Shown piece by piece: positions 28,211 through 40,457 of a stretch of DNA of 64,000 bases (positions are counted from its first letter, which is position 1; every line of letters begins with the position of its first letter). Both the position numbers and the translations under genes were made by a program. Source of the stretch: a virus. The stretch is from positions 1 to 64,000 of the IMG/VR virus record IMGVR_UViG_3300045988_019695; one strand, written 5' to 3'. The notes beneath the pieces were generated by a model, which was not told the origin of the DNA, did not search any database, and was given only the letters and a program-made list of their open reading frames with translations.

Positions 28211-28849
28211 TCATATATTTATTATTAATTTATCAGGATATCCGCTTTTATAATCGTAATTTAAAAAATCTTCTATATTAGAAAACTCGTATACCTATTT
28301 TTTATGTAGAGATGTAACATTAAAGCAATTCATAGCATACATTTCTATTTTAGAAAGCAATTCTATTGCTTTGTTACAATTTAACTCTAATTTATAATTT
28401 CCTAGCCAAAGTCCTATTTTCTAGCCTCCTGCTCTTTGTGTAACATTTATAGAGTTCATGAGTCCTACTCGTGTATCCTTGTCGAGCCATGTCTACATAC
28501 CATTCAACTCAAATCCATTTACAGACGAAGATGTGTCATACTTTTCGATATAAGAAAGCATCGCCTTACGCATATATTCTAATGGTTCTGCGCCTAGACC
28601 TTCACAAATCTCTTTAATTTCTTCCATGCTCGCCTGTTCTCCACTTGTTAAGATATCATTAAGAACTAACTCCATGCTCGGCTTGTAGTCATATCGCTCA
28701 AGCATGTAATCACAGAGAGAGGACTCATTTTCCTGCCCATCCTCTGTTTTATCAACCTGCATGGTCTTAGCCCATGCAACTCTATAGATGTCACTATCAA
28801 CGATTTTAAAAGCTGAAAAATCTGATGATTCTCCAAACGTTTTTACCAT
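28211..28849 (-). CDS. Hypothetical protein
   Basis: MVKTFGESSDFSAFKIVDSDIYRVAW...; TAG at 28493 read through to TGA at 28211. Confidence 0.6.
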
Positions 28850-28897
28850 AATTATAATAATTATATTTCATTGTAAGAAGTAGAAAGAGTAAAAAAA

Positions 28898-30625
28898 TTA
28901 ATCAAAACCGAACACTGCATGGACCATATAAGATTCAGTCTTATCTGAGGCAGTAGTATAACCAGTACTAAATCTAAGTGTCCATACGTAACTTTCTGAA
29001 TATTGAGTAGAAGACCAATAAGGCAATGATTCATCTAAGCCTCCTCCGATCAAGCCTAATGCTTTTGAAAGAGCAGGGTAGTTATTAAAGACATCAGTTA
29101 ATTCTCCAAGTGCCCATAGATAACCTTTTTCTCCATTAATAAATTTGTAGCCACGACATCGTTGTGCTGCGTAATAAGTGTTACCAGATGCAACAATCTT
29201 ATCTGTATTCAATTTGCCAGAGTAATCTTTCTTAGCTTTTTTTTCACTATCTGCAGTAATTCCAGGAACTGCGTAATCGTTTCTACCCCACTTATCTGCT
29301 GCAATACTATAAGGTGCGATTACTATTTTAGTATTTTCTGTACCAAGGTATACACCTACAGCCTTTTTGTTATTAGATTTATCCCAATTATTAACCAATG
29401 TAAAATTACGATCAGTATCAAAGATATATATACCAATAGGAAGATGAGTATATGATAATGTCACACTACGACTTTTCTGATTAGCAGTATATGTAACTGC
29501 CAATGGATAAGAATATCCGCTTTTCTTATTCGCTGATACACTATAAGTTACTCCAAATGGAACTTTTACAGAGTATGGACCATTATATGTGTGGGTCTCG
29601 TTATTAGTCGTAACAACTTGTCCATTCATACTTGCTCCATTATTGGCTGTCACAGTTATCGTTACTACCTCAGTGTCGTATTGCATTGTCACGTTGCGGG
29701 TAGAGCCAACCCCAGTCGTAAACGCCTTAGATTCTGGACTGCGGTATCCTTTAACAGATGAAACGGAAATGGAAACATGCGTAATAGGAACTATCTTTAA
29801 CTTTAACTCTGTTCCTTCCCACTGATGTGTAGATATTACATTGCCTGTATCGGTATTTGTGACGATGATAGTTGCCCCATTAAGCGCAGTATCAGAGTTT
29901 GACTGATTGCTGACAAGAGATATAGATACTACCTCATTTATTTCTACACTACCTCCGCTAATCTCACCCCACACTGCATTATTACCTGAGATGTCGTAGA
30001 GCTGATAGAACTTATATCCATGCTCTGCGGAACTGTCCGCTACTCGGCACATATATCCGACCTTGAACGAGCGTGTCACTCCATTGTCTGTAAATGTTAG
30101 CGTACTTGATGTAGGAGCAGATGAGAGAGTTGGAATTACGTATTCAGTATCCGTAAATTTCGCATTCGATGGAACATTTGCGTTGACGGTATAACCGTTA
30201 ACAGTGGATGCACTAGATGCTGTAGAAGCGTTACCTTCAAGTCCTCCTTTGAATTTAGCTGCAGCAACAGTACCAGGGAAAGATGTATTTCCTTCAGAGT
30301 CTAATATTGTAGCTGTGCGCTTAGCTGTTGCAAATACTCCTATGTATTGCCTAATATAGATTGGCTCTGCGCCATCATCAGCAGTAGCTATTTCCATATA
30401 GCCAGCATTCTCTTTTGTAGCGCCTCCTCCTATTCTCCAAAAATCATATCCACCGCAAGTTCCTTTTATCTGGCGAAATGTTGTCCCGCTATCGCTGAAC
30501 AACAAATCACCTGTTAAAGTGCCACCAGATAAAGGTAAATAATTGTGTGTATGATCTTTTAATGCAAATTTAGTCTTGCATATGGACCATAATGTGCCTA
30601 CACCTGTTCTATCAAGTATTTGCAT
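28898..30625 (-). CDS. Tail fibre/adhesin with N-terminal LW module, Ig-like middle and DUF1566/C-type-lectin-like C-terminus
   Basis: 575 aa uninterrupted: MQILDRTGVGTLWSICKTKFALKDH..LPLSGGTLTGDL.. and C-term RCRGYKFINGEKGYLWALGEL..LPYWSSTQYSESYVWTLRFSTGY..SYMVHAVFGFD. Confidence 0.75.
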   Translation of the reverse strand: MQILDRTGVGTLWSICKTKFALKDHTHNYLPLSGGTLTGDLLFSDSGTTFRQIKGTCGGYDFWRIGGGATKENAGYMEIATADDGAEPIYIRQYIGVFATAKRTATILDSEGNTSFPGTVAAAKFKGGLEGNASTASSASTVNGYTVNANVPSNAKFTDTEYVIPTLSSAPTSSTLTFTDNGVTRSFKVGYMCRVADSSAEHGYKFYQLYDISGNNAVWGEISGGSVEINEVVSISLVSNQSNSDTALNGATIIVTNTDTGNVISTHQWEGTELKLKIVPITHVSISVSSVKGYRSPESKAFTTGVGSTRNVTMQYDTEVVTITVTANNGASMNGQVVTTNNETHTYNGPYSVKVPFGVTYSVSANKKSGYSYPLAVTYTANQKSRSVTLSYTHLPIGIYIFDTDRNFTLVNNWDKSNNKKAVGVYLGTENTKIVIAPYSIAADKWGRNDYAVPGITADSEKKAKKDYSGKLNTDKIVASGNTYYAAQRCRGYKFINGEKGYLWALGELTDVFNNYPALSKALGLIGGGLDESLPYWSSTQYSESYVWTLRFSTGYTTASDKTESYMVHAVFGFD

Positions 30626-31323
30626 TATACGAGAATAGATTTAAGTTCTGCATCAGATATAGCAGCAATACCATCAAGCTTAGCCTTATCTTCAGAAGAC
30701 ATAAGACCATTAGATGATGATGTAGCTAAACCATATGTAGTGTCGGTGTCGGTCCATGGAACATTAACATACATCTGGTTATCTTTTAACTGTACAGCGT
30801 AATTTCTATCAGCAGAATTTGTAGAAAAACCAACCTTTACACCACCAAGTACTGATTCAGAAGCTGCAGGAAGCGTATAATTATTGGCGTGATCTGCAAT
30901 GCCTGCAAGCTTATTCTTCTCTGCTGTTGTGTAATCATTAGTAGACAATCCTTTACCAGACACTTTATCTACCTTTGTATCAAGCTGATTATTTACGTAT
31001 TCTATCTTTGCATAAGGCTGTAAATCAACTGTGCTTCTAAAATCTCCAAGTTTTTCCCATTTACCGCCTACATACATATATTCTGAATACAAGTTGCTCT
31101 CTATTGCAGAATCTTTAACCAAGTATATCTTAGTTGTATCGATATTTGATGTAGGAAGCACTTCAACGACCTTATAAAGAGATAAGTCGATCTAAATATC
31201 ACCTGTTCCTTTTATACTTGAGCCGTTAATTGTTTTAAACTGCTAAGCATCTATAGAAGTTTTAACATGATTTTTAACGGAGCCCCAAAGGGTTGCGACT
31301 CCGGCTGTATTAAGAAATTCCAT
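30625..31323 (-). CDS. Tail fibre-type protein with N-terminal LW module
   Basis: MEFLNTAGVATLWGSVKNHVKTSIDAQQFKTINGSSIKGTGDIQIDLSLYKVVEV + track ORF 30625..31161; TAA at 30625. Confidence 0.7.
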
Positions 31324-31325
31324 AA

Positions 31326-31574
31326 TTATATTGATTTATATAAAGCCTTGGCTGTAATAGTATACTGAGTTGTGTCATCCTTGTCCTTTCTAATGTACTT
31401 AGAGTCATTAACGGCAGCCGTAGGCAAATTATTAATAGTTGTTTGTAATTGTGTTATAGTGGTCTAAAGATTATTGATCAACTACTACAATTCATTTATA
31501 TTATTCTATGTAGCAAACTTTCCTTTAATCTTAGACCACAATACTTCAACACCAGTTTTATCAAGTATTTCCAT
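31326..31574 (-). CDS. Short tail-associated protein with N-terminal LW module
   Basis: MEILDKTGVEVLWSKIKGKFATQNNINELQQLINNLQTTITQLQTTINNLPTAAVNDSKYIRKDKDDTTQYTITAKALYKSI; not in the track because of TAGs. Confidence 0.65.
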
Positions 31575-31575
31575 A

Positions 31576-33441
31576 TTAAGTCAAGATTAAGTTAAGTGTG
31601 TCTGAACTAATTGGTGTAGCTACAGTACCATCAGCCAATAAAATCTGTTCGTTTGTACCACCGGTCTTTATATACTTAGGCGATATTAAGTCACCAGTAA
31701 GAGTACCACCGGTCAAAGGAAGATATTTATTAGCATCAGCCTTAAGGTTAAGAGCGTTCTGCGTAGCTATAGAGATAGGCTTATTAATGTCTGATGTATT
31801 ATCAACATTATCAAGTCCTACCTAAGTCTTAGTTACATGATGAGGATTCTCATAGTCTGATGTGTGTCTGCTGAGATTTGACGTAATAATCATCTCAGCT
31901 TCTTTAGCACGCTGTATTTCGGCATTTAAAGCCGCTGTAGAGCCCTAACCAGACTGAGAGATACTATTCTTTATCTCTGTGTCTGCAGCCTCTCTAGCAG
32001 CCTTCTCTGCGTTCACAGCTGCATTTATAGCATTCTATACACCTGTGATCTTTACACCAGTAGAAGATACTGACAAAAAGTTCTCTGACAGCGGATCTAC
32101 TTTAACATAAACCTTGTGTTCGTTTACTTCTAAGCCATTAGCAAACTCTGTCTCCTCAAGGAACTTAGAGTAGTCGAGCTTAGCCAGTTTGTAAGTACCA
32201 TTAGAAAGAATGTATGAAATACACAATGCTGTAGAACCTACAGGATTACCAGCATGGATTGTACCATCCTCATTAAGTGTTGCATTCATATCAAGAACCT
32301 CAATGTCCTTAATAGACTGGTCCTTAGCGATATCAATTGTAACGCCCTTAGCTTCTCCATTAACCTAGAGCTGATATGATACAGCTGTAGTTGAATCATG
32401 AGGAGTTACTTTAGCTACTGTTATACTACCAATCTTAGCTTGAAGAGCCTGCTCTGCAGCCTTAGCTCTATCAGATTCAGCTTTAATAGCTTCCTTTCTA
32501 TCCGATATCTCAGAGTTAAGGTTATCTGTAAGAGTACCCTCAGCAGCTGTAGCTCTATTTTGCTCTGCTGTAATTCTATCTGAGAGACCATTCTCTGCTG
32601 TAGTAGCTCTACTAACTTCTGTAGCAAGACTAGCTGTAATCTTAGCCTCCTCAGACTTAGCTCTACTAATCTCTGTATTCAACAGAGCTTTAATAGCGTC
32701 ATCTGCATCAGATCTGCTCTTAGCTTCCTGCTGTTCAGCAGCCTTAGCTCTATCAATCTCGTTGCTGAGGTTGTTAGAGATAAGTCTCTCTGCATCTTCT
32801 GCTCTAGTCTACTCCTATTCAATCTTTGCTCTGATAATGTTGTCTTCACTCTGTCTTTCAGCTTTCTCTGTAGCATCAGCTTCCTGTCTAGCAAGCTTCT
32901 CCTCATTATCTGCATCCTATCTAGCTAACGTTTCAGCGTTAATGCTGGCTGCAAGAGATTCGTCTCCAGTCACTCTATTGTTAATTTCTTTAACAATATC
33001 GTTTGTATTTTTCTCTATAAGGTTTCTATTATCTCTTTCTGAAGCCTCAGCTCTATTCTTCTCTGTTGTTAAAGCAGCTCTAATATCAGTCTCTTCATGA
33101 TTAGCTCTATCTACTTCTGCAATGAGATCATCTGCAAGCTACTTACCCTTGTCTCCAGGATAAGCCGTTCCAGATGTTTCTCCAAGAGCAATAGACTAAC
33201 TTACTTCTACATATGTTGATCCTCCCCATCTATATGTAAGATTAGTGTCTTTTGCTACATATATCTTACCTTCTTCCCCCTAATTAGGGAATGAAAGTAT
33301 ATTTTCGTATTCCTCAACATCATCTACGTAAGAAGGTAACTATGAAGCAGGAACTTTACCATTATTGCTAAGATTAGCAAAATTGCGTTTGATTTTACCC
33401 CAAAGGTACTCAACGCCCTATTGATCTAAATATTGTTTCAT
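31576..33441 (-). CDS. Long coiled-coil tail/head fibre protein with N-terminal LW module
   Basis: MKQYLDQQGVEYLWGKIKRNFANLSNNGKVPAS..; heptad-like RAKAAEQ/SRATTAE repeats; contains track ORFs 32365..32682 and 32035..32289. Confidence 0.7.
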
Positions 33442-33442
33442 A

Positions 33443-33712
33443 TTACTCTATTACTAAGATTTGTGAAAGAATACTCAAAGGAATGCCTTCGTTGTCCTCG
33501 ACATTATCAAGTCTAGTATTAAGGTTGTACACATTATCCGTAAGTACATCAACCTTATTCTTAAAGTACTGGTTAATATCGTTCTAGAGACCTGTATTTA
33601 CATATCTGAGCATTCCGTCATCGTATATCTGGAGGGCGTCTGCTACGACTCCCTCCGTTGATATGCTTACTATTTTACCATTGATCTATAGATCTTCTCT
33701 CTTTGTATCCAT
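33443..33712 (-). CDS. Short tail-associated protein
   Basis: MDTKREDLQINGKIVSISTEGVVADALQIYDDGMLRYVNTGLQNDINQYFKNKVDVLTDNVYNLNTRLDNVEDNEGIPLSILSQILVIE, TAA at 33443. Confidence 0.65.
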
Positions 33713-33714
33713 TA

Positions 33715-36700
33715 TTATGTACTTAATATGTATCTTGTGTTACCGATTGTCTTATCAGATGGAGATATAGAGCTAACATTAACCTCAACCTCAGTTGGAA
33801 TTCCAGTAACAGAATTACTAAATGATACAGTTGTGCTATTATCAGAACTATTGGCTTGTACAGTTATATAATAATTAGAATTATACCAAGCTGTACCATA
33901 TTTAGCCCTAGCAATTCCACTAATGGTTACAGCAAATGGGACGGATGGAGAAATAGAAACACCAACGTTCGCAGTTGCTATACCGAGCGGAAAGCCACTC
34001 GCGCTGACCACAGCGTTTACGACAGGTGTTGCGCTACCATCCTATATTATTGTGCAAGTGGCATCTGGATAAGATAAACCGTAATCATTCTTTCCGCTAT
34101 CGGCTCCAGGATAAGACTTTGTAAACGTTAAGTTTCTCTGTGTTGTATTAGTGTTTTCTCCATAAGAGAATGTCTATCTACCAGATGCTACAACATCTCC
34201 TCCTGTACCAATTTTCCAGTTCCAATCGAACGTGTAAAACAGTTCAACACTACCAGCTCCAGAAGAAAGGTTGCTACTTTCAACAACAATTCTATTAAGA
34301 CCAGAACTTGTTATTCTACTATTAGCATCTTGTTCCCAAGTATATGATAAACCAGTGTCGCTTACAGTTTCTGTGCCAGACGCTTTATCTGTACTATATA
34401 AAATATCCTTAGTTAAGCTTACAGTTTTATCTGTTACATCTTGCTCAACTCCACCTTTAGTATAATACTATTGGTAAGTTAATGATTGCTTACCGCCTGA
34501 TGTAGTAAATGACATAGAGTTACCATTCTTCCACCTATAGAATGGGCCTAATACTGGATCTTCTGGTCTACCATTCTGAGACCATGACCATGTAATAGTG
34601 TTACCAGAATTGTTTTGCGTAAGTGTTCCGCTATCACTCCTAGAAAAAGTGGATGTATTATTTCCGCTAGGCCATCCTTTTTCTCTTCCAGTATAACCAA
34701 CATCTTGACGTTCTGTATTACCTTTAGAGCTGGTTCTAGTTCTGTATGAATTAATAGTAGCGTTATTATATTCTCCAAAATCCGCAGCATTGCTTAAGTC
34801 GTATGCTATATCATTTGCAGAAATAGATTCAGTCATATTACTCCACTAGAATGTATATATTACAGAAGGATCATCCCAACTTGGCCATATCTCCGGTTCT
34901 GGAGCAGGTTCGTTATACGTAATGTCAAATGTAGCAGAATCACGATAAGTGTGACCAGTATTATAATCATAATATGTCTAGGTTACTGTAACGCTACCAC
35001 TACCATTTGCTGTTCCAGATATTGTTGTACCATATTTAGATATCTGCATGCTTCCAGACAAGCCAGACACATTAGATGCAGATATGCTACACATTTCGCC
35101 TTCTGATTCACCAGATATATGGCTTCTAGTAGGCTTACAAGCTGCTCTCTTATTAGATGTTGTACCAGATGCGGTATATGGAGTATAGTCTTCATACTCC
35201 TGATAAGCGTAAGCTGTAAAGCTAATATCCGCAGGTTTTTCTTTTATTGTAATAGAAGAAGGACTTACGCTTACGTGTACATCTCCCCACGTTCTAGAAT
35301 TACTTCCAGCAGTTACAGAATATCTTTTTTCTCCTGGATCATTCTAAGAAACGATTACTCTAGTACCAACCCAATTATTAGAACCTCCAGTAACAGTAGC
35401 ATCTTCGCCACCAATTGTGATAGTAGGCCTCTCAGGACATGTAACATTAACTGTGTAAGTCCAGCTCTTTAAAGCAGGATTATATATAACATTACATGAA
35501 GCACTTTCTCCATTAGCATTAGATTCTGTACATGTTACAGTTATTGTTCCTATACTTTCTGTACTAGATGCTGTAGCTGTAAATGATGTTCCATTTTTAG
35601 AGAATGTCATACCAGAAGGTCCGCTAACAGAATAGCTATTACCAGTGTGACTCGTAGAACTACTTGTTACATCAGTTGATACTTCTCCATTCTTAGCAAC
35701 AGTTCCACTAGATGTTCTCCAGATATATTTTGTACCAGACTGATACATAGATACACTAAACTCTTTTGTTAGATTATCGTCAAGATTCCATGAATCAGGT
35801 GACAAAGAAACATTGTAGTCGTTCCATTCTGTATCTTTAGTACCACCAGAGATACTCCATGATACACTATCAGGTGCTGATGTTGTAGCAGAATCACTAA
35901 TAGTAATCTTTCCTACATAGTAACCATTGATATGAGTTACAATAGCATTATGGCCGTTGATTGTAATAGTAGGAGTATTGCTTGTATTAGTATCAGAAGC
36001 CTTTACAGTATATGTATAGCTATCGTATGAAGGTTCTGTATAGAATACATTTGTTGTAGCTGATAGACTTCCATATGTAACAATTATAGAGCCAGTGCAA
36101 GATGTGCTAGATGCAGCTGAAGTGAAGTTCATTCCATCTTTAGAATGAGAGAAAGACTAGCCTGATGGATGCGTATCACTAATAGTGTAATCAATAGTAG
36201 GATACTCTGTAGTCGTAGAAGTAGTAAGGCTAACACTTGTAGAATCATTTCTAGCAATAGTACCAGTAGTATGATCCCAAGCTTTAGTAGTTTTTATTCT
36301 ACTATAACCAACTGTGAACTATTTAGATAATCCTTCTTTCAGATCCCAAGATGTTGGAGATATAGAAAGCGTACCTTCGTTATATGTGTCTCCAGCTCCA
36401 CCTCCACTTATTGTAAAATCAACAAATTCAGGTGCTTCACTCTCAGTTCTTACTCTAGTTGTATACTAGAATGTATAAGTATTACCTGATGTTGTATACC
36501 TAGTAATAGCTGTGCCGTTTATGGTGACAGTAGGAGCAGAAGTGCAAGTAGCTACAAGTGAATATGTGTAAACAAGATTAGCTTCTTTAGCTTCCTGTAT
36601 AATAGTAATTGTGTCAGAATTGCCAGTAGCGTTAGAACCATTTATATGTCCAATTCGCTGATTACCCATATTAGCTGTTACTTTGAATCTTATTTCGGTA

Positions 36701-37044
36701 CTGTTTATTACAATATCTGTAATCCAATCTACATCTGCTGTAGCATTATATTCTATTGTATCACCATCTATATCTCTTGACGATACAGCAGTTGTATATG
36801 TATTACCTGCAGCCTATGGATTATATCTATTATTAGCAAATGAGAATGTACTAAGATCTGGTTTATCTTCAACAGCGAATACATCTATATATTCGTTGTT
36901 AAGATACTATGACAAATTGGATGTAATATTCTTCCTATGAGACTCTGCTATCTACACAGCAGCAGACTTAGTTATACACTCATTTGTACCAGAAGTATTA
37001 TCTCCTACAAGCTAATAAACTTTCTTGTATGTTAATATTTCCAT
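33715..37044 (-). CDS. Large Ig-like/BACON-like repeat tail protein, ~1,110 codons
   Basis: MEILTYKKVYQLVGDNTSGTNECITKSAAVQIAES..; sub-ORFs 36466..36669, 35344..36132, 34468..34836 and 33715..34011 in one frame with Thr/Ser-rich beta-sandwich-like repeats. Confidence 0.7.
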
Positions 37045-37046
37045 TT

Positions 37047-38198
37047 TTATGATTTATTAGTTTCAATACAGAACATTCCACTATTAAAGTAATATGTAAA
37101 CGTAGCTGATAATGTCATCCGCTCTTCAGGGTAATTATAATTACCTTGTCCATATATTTCGCAATACGCCGGAAGTGTATTAGAACCAGATTCTGTTACA
37201 CCATTTATATCAAATGTATAGTTTCCGCTATTTGACCAGCTAAACGAATCGTTATCTGTCTTTTTATATGCAGTGTAGCTCATTCCTATATCGTGGCCTT
37301 TTTGTCCAAACCATACAGTGTAAAGATAAACCTTACATGTAAGAAGTCCGTTCTCATCAGTAAGAGCTTCCTCTATAGTCTTTCCATTAAGAGTAGAAAT
37401 TTCGTCTCTATTCTAATTTATATACCGAGCTATAGAATCGAAGTCAACCAATGCGTGCTCCTAACCTGTACCAGTATTATCTCCAGCAAAGCCAAGAATA
37501 TTTGTTCCGTTAGGAAGTGATACTCTACTATTTGTGCCGAATCCAACATACTAATTTTGCACTCCGTTTATAAAGCATGCTACTGTTGTAGCCTAATCAA
37601 GGTCTCTACCGTTGCTCCAACTATAAGTAAAGTCGATAACATCACCGTAAACTAACTCAAGACCAGCTCTGGCTTGTATCAAGTTAATCTTACACTCCTT
37701 TGTTTCGTCTTCACTGTTTACTACTTTAATATTCTCTACTACAAACTAACTATTTGTGTTTTCAGCTTTAGGCCAAAAAGAATAACCATCAGTATTACTT
37801 ACGTATTCAAACCTCTCTGGATCTACAAGGATTCTACACCCTACAGCATCGTCGCTAAGCTTTTCACCAGTAATAAGGTATGTATGTTTGAGAGCTTTCA
37901 CATATATTCTTTTTGCATCAGAATCACTCTTAGCCTGTGCTGAAAATATTGCTTGAGCAGTATCGCTCCAGCTCTCATTATCATACGATACCTGTATAGA
38001 ATACTCGACCCTAGTCTAGCTTTCACATTCGAACTCATCTATAAGTTCAGAATCAGAATAGCTAGAAAGGTCGTTGGTTATCCTCTTTAGCTTCTAACTA
38101 GCAATATCTTGAGCTTCACTTTTAGTAATAATCTCATTTGTACTTAATGAAGTAGCTCCAACTTCATTATATACTTGTTTTTGTGTTAGAAGCTCCAT
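37047..38198 (-). CDS. Tail-associated protein sharing its N-terminus with the 33715..37044 product
   Basis: MELLTQKQVYNEVGATSLSTNEIITKSEAQDIASQKLKRITNDLSSYSDSELIDEFECESQTRVEYSIQVSYDNESWS..; TAA at 37047. Confidence 0.7.
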
Positions 38199-38204
38199 AA
38201 TAGA

Positions 38205-39008
38205 TTAATCTGTAATTTTAAAGAAATGCTGAGCATTTACATTACTAATACCGGCTGCAGGAGTAAGTGTAGCTCCATTCTTAACCCAGTATCTATTGAG
38301 AATCTGCTCAATCTTACTCTCAATATCATTACCGCCAATAGCCTGCTGAATCAGCTGATTAATTCTATTGTCGATATAGTTTGTAACATCACTGTTCTGC
38401 TTGATGATAGTGCTAAGGTCACCTGCTACCCACTGACCATTTGTATAGATAAGGACATTACCTTCTCTACCATCTGGGAGGAAAGCCTGTGCACCAGCGC
38501 CATTAATCTTACCATTAATAGTAATGTTGTTAACTGTTGTATTGCCATCAACTCTCAAGTCGCCTTCACTCTTAAGCAGCTTATGTACTGTAAGAGTATT
38601 ACAATCTAACTAAAGAGCCTTAAATACACCCATTACATCAAGGTCGTTACAAGTGATCTTGTGGTCTGCCTGAATGCTAACAGGGTTGCCATGTGCTGTA
38701 AGCTTATCGTAAGCATCAAGTGTACCACGAACTTCCTAGTTACCATTTACATCATGGTTACCACGAACAGTCTGATCGCCTTCTACAGTTGTATTGCCCT
38801 CGAATACTGTATCACCATGGAATGTAGCCCTATTGAACTCTGGGTTACTCTTGAAGTCTTCTACCTTATTATTGATGTTCTTTACAACATCCTCAATAGA
38901 AGCTTTGTTCTTCTCAGACCAGATCTGACTAGCATCAGCAACAATACCCTCTGTAGAGATGTTTACAAGCTTACCATATATCTGAATATCTTCGTTTGTT
39001 GCGTTCAT
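38205..39008 (-). CDS. Tail-associated protein
   Basis: Track ORFs 38736..39008 and 38205..38558 joined in frame 0 through TAG codons; MNATNEDIQIYGKLVNISTEGIVADASQIW... Confidence 0.7.
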
Positions 39009-39010
39009 GA

Positions 39011-40396
39011 TTATTTGTTCTTAAATTTAACATAAACAGTAGAGCCACCTGTAGAAAGGTTTCTCTTCATTGGGTTAGGACAGCAGTAATAATATCTTGA
39101 ATCATTAAGCTTCTGCTGAGGCTTAGTGAGAGGGATATATGTAGCTGCGTCAACATTACCAACACCTTGTGTATTAATATTAGCAGCATACAAGATAGGC
39201 TGGCGTGTAACAATCCACAAGTACTGACCATCTGTATCGTTCTCTACAGTAGTAGCATCTGTAAGACTATCTACCTTTGTAAGAAGTGCGAGATTTACAT
39301 TCTCTACACCAACTGTATTGAAAGCTTCCTGGTCCCTTGTCTCGAAAGACTGATCCTTACGGTTAAAGCCATACTTGTAATCGTCTTCCATATTCTCTGG
39401 GAATGGACGTACAGGCAAGAAGCCAATGTAATCATAATCGCCACCAACTACAGTAACATTAAAGCCTGTGCTAACCTCATTGTTCTTAGCAGATACTGTT
39501 ACGTATGTAGATATAGTATTGTCCTGATCAAGAGCCCTAATGAGACCTGTATGCTGATCAATTGTAATAACACCTGTCTTGGCTGCATGGAAGTCAAGCT
39601 GCTCATAAGGCCAGTTATCTGGAGTATACTCAAGTACTGAACCATTCTCAAGCTCTACTTCAATATAGTACTGATGATCTCTTGTATCGAGTTCACCGAG
39701 TCTAATAGATGTATTGCCATACATGTTAAGGTCACCCTTAACTCTAATGGCCAAGATATTCTTGTTCATAAGATCGTCCTTATCTACATCGAGTGTAATG
39801 TCACCACTTGCACCAGACTTGTCATCTACAAGCTGAAGAACATCACCGTAGTCCATTGTATATGTATGGAGGTCGGTGCGACCCCAACCTGGCTCATAAA
39901 TCATAGCCTGTACAACGAGCTTGTATACACCACAGAACATCTGATCCTTTGCAGGGAAGTAGCACTGAATAGAGTTAGCCTTAGGCAGAACTCTAGAGTA
40001 TGCCAAGTATGTAAAGTCCTCACAAGCGCAGCAATTTACAGCGTCGTATGGCTTATTATACTTTGGAGGCAGTATGCCTGGACCAGCTGCAGGATTACAA
40101 CCATGTGGATCAAGCATGCAGCAGAAGCTATGACTGTAACGATTACAATCATTGTGACAGCAATCGTAGTATCTACAATGTGGCAAAGCATGATACTTTG
40201 GATGACCACATCTGTCGTTCACACAACCACAACCATGAACATGCTTATTCCAGAAGCAATCGACTGGGAAATAGTCGAGCATTGATGTATTAATCAAATA
40301 ACACTTAAGCTGTTTGATATTAGCTTGATCGTACGTACGTGGACCACGAAGTGTAAGATTCAATCTTACATCGTTTCCAATTCTAATTCTTTGCAT
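39011..40396 (-). CDS. Cys/His-rich virion structural protein
   Basis: Track ORF 39011..40453 opens with TTG; the likelier ATG start is MQRIRIGNDVRLNLTLRG at 40394-40396. TAG-free. 14 Cys and 8 His between residues 66 and 144 of the track ORF. Confidence 0.75.
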   Translation of the reverse strand: MQRIRIGNDVRLNLTLRGPRTYDQANIKQLKCYLINTSMLDYFPVDCFWNKHVHGCGCVNDRCGHPKYHALPHCRYYDCCHNDCNRYSHSFCCMLDPHGCNPAAGPGILPPKYNKPYDAVNCCACEDFTYLAYSRVLPKANSIQCYFPAKDQMFCGVYKLVVQAMIYEPGWGRTDLHTYTMDYGDVLQLVDDKSGASGDITLDVDKDDLMNKNILAIRVKGDLNMYGNTSIRLGELDTRDHQYYIEVELENGSVLEYTPDNWPYEQLDFHAAKTGVITIDQHTGLIRALDQDNTISTYVTVSAKNNEVSTGFNVTVVGGDYDYIGFLPVRPFPENMEDDYKYGFNRKDQSFETRDQEAFNTVGVENVNLALLTKVDSLTDATTVENDTDGQYLWIVTRQPILYAANINTQGVGNVDAATYIPLTKPQQKLNDSRYYYCCPNPMKRNLSTGGSTVYVKFKNK

Positions 40397-40457
40397 ATTA
40401 TAATATGTATTAAAAACAAATGCCGAGATAGGGCAAGTACCCCACCCCGGCAATTAA

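Noticed and set aside
1595-33100. Other plus-strand ORFs (for example 1595..1909, 5581..6105, 12188..12376, 32762..33100)
   Set aside because: All overlap recoded minus-strand genes in antisense and lack recognisable domains.
35344-36132. CRISPR or tandem DNA repeat in the Thr/Ser-rich region
   Set aside because: Repetition is at protein-fold level (Ig/BACON-like); no regularly spaced identical DNA repeats were seen.
39167-40285. Plus-strand ORFs 39167..39640 and 39674..40285
   Set aside because: Antisense shadows of the Cys/His-rich virion gene. All other evidence places genes in this window on the minus strand.
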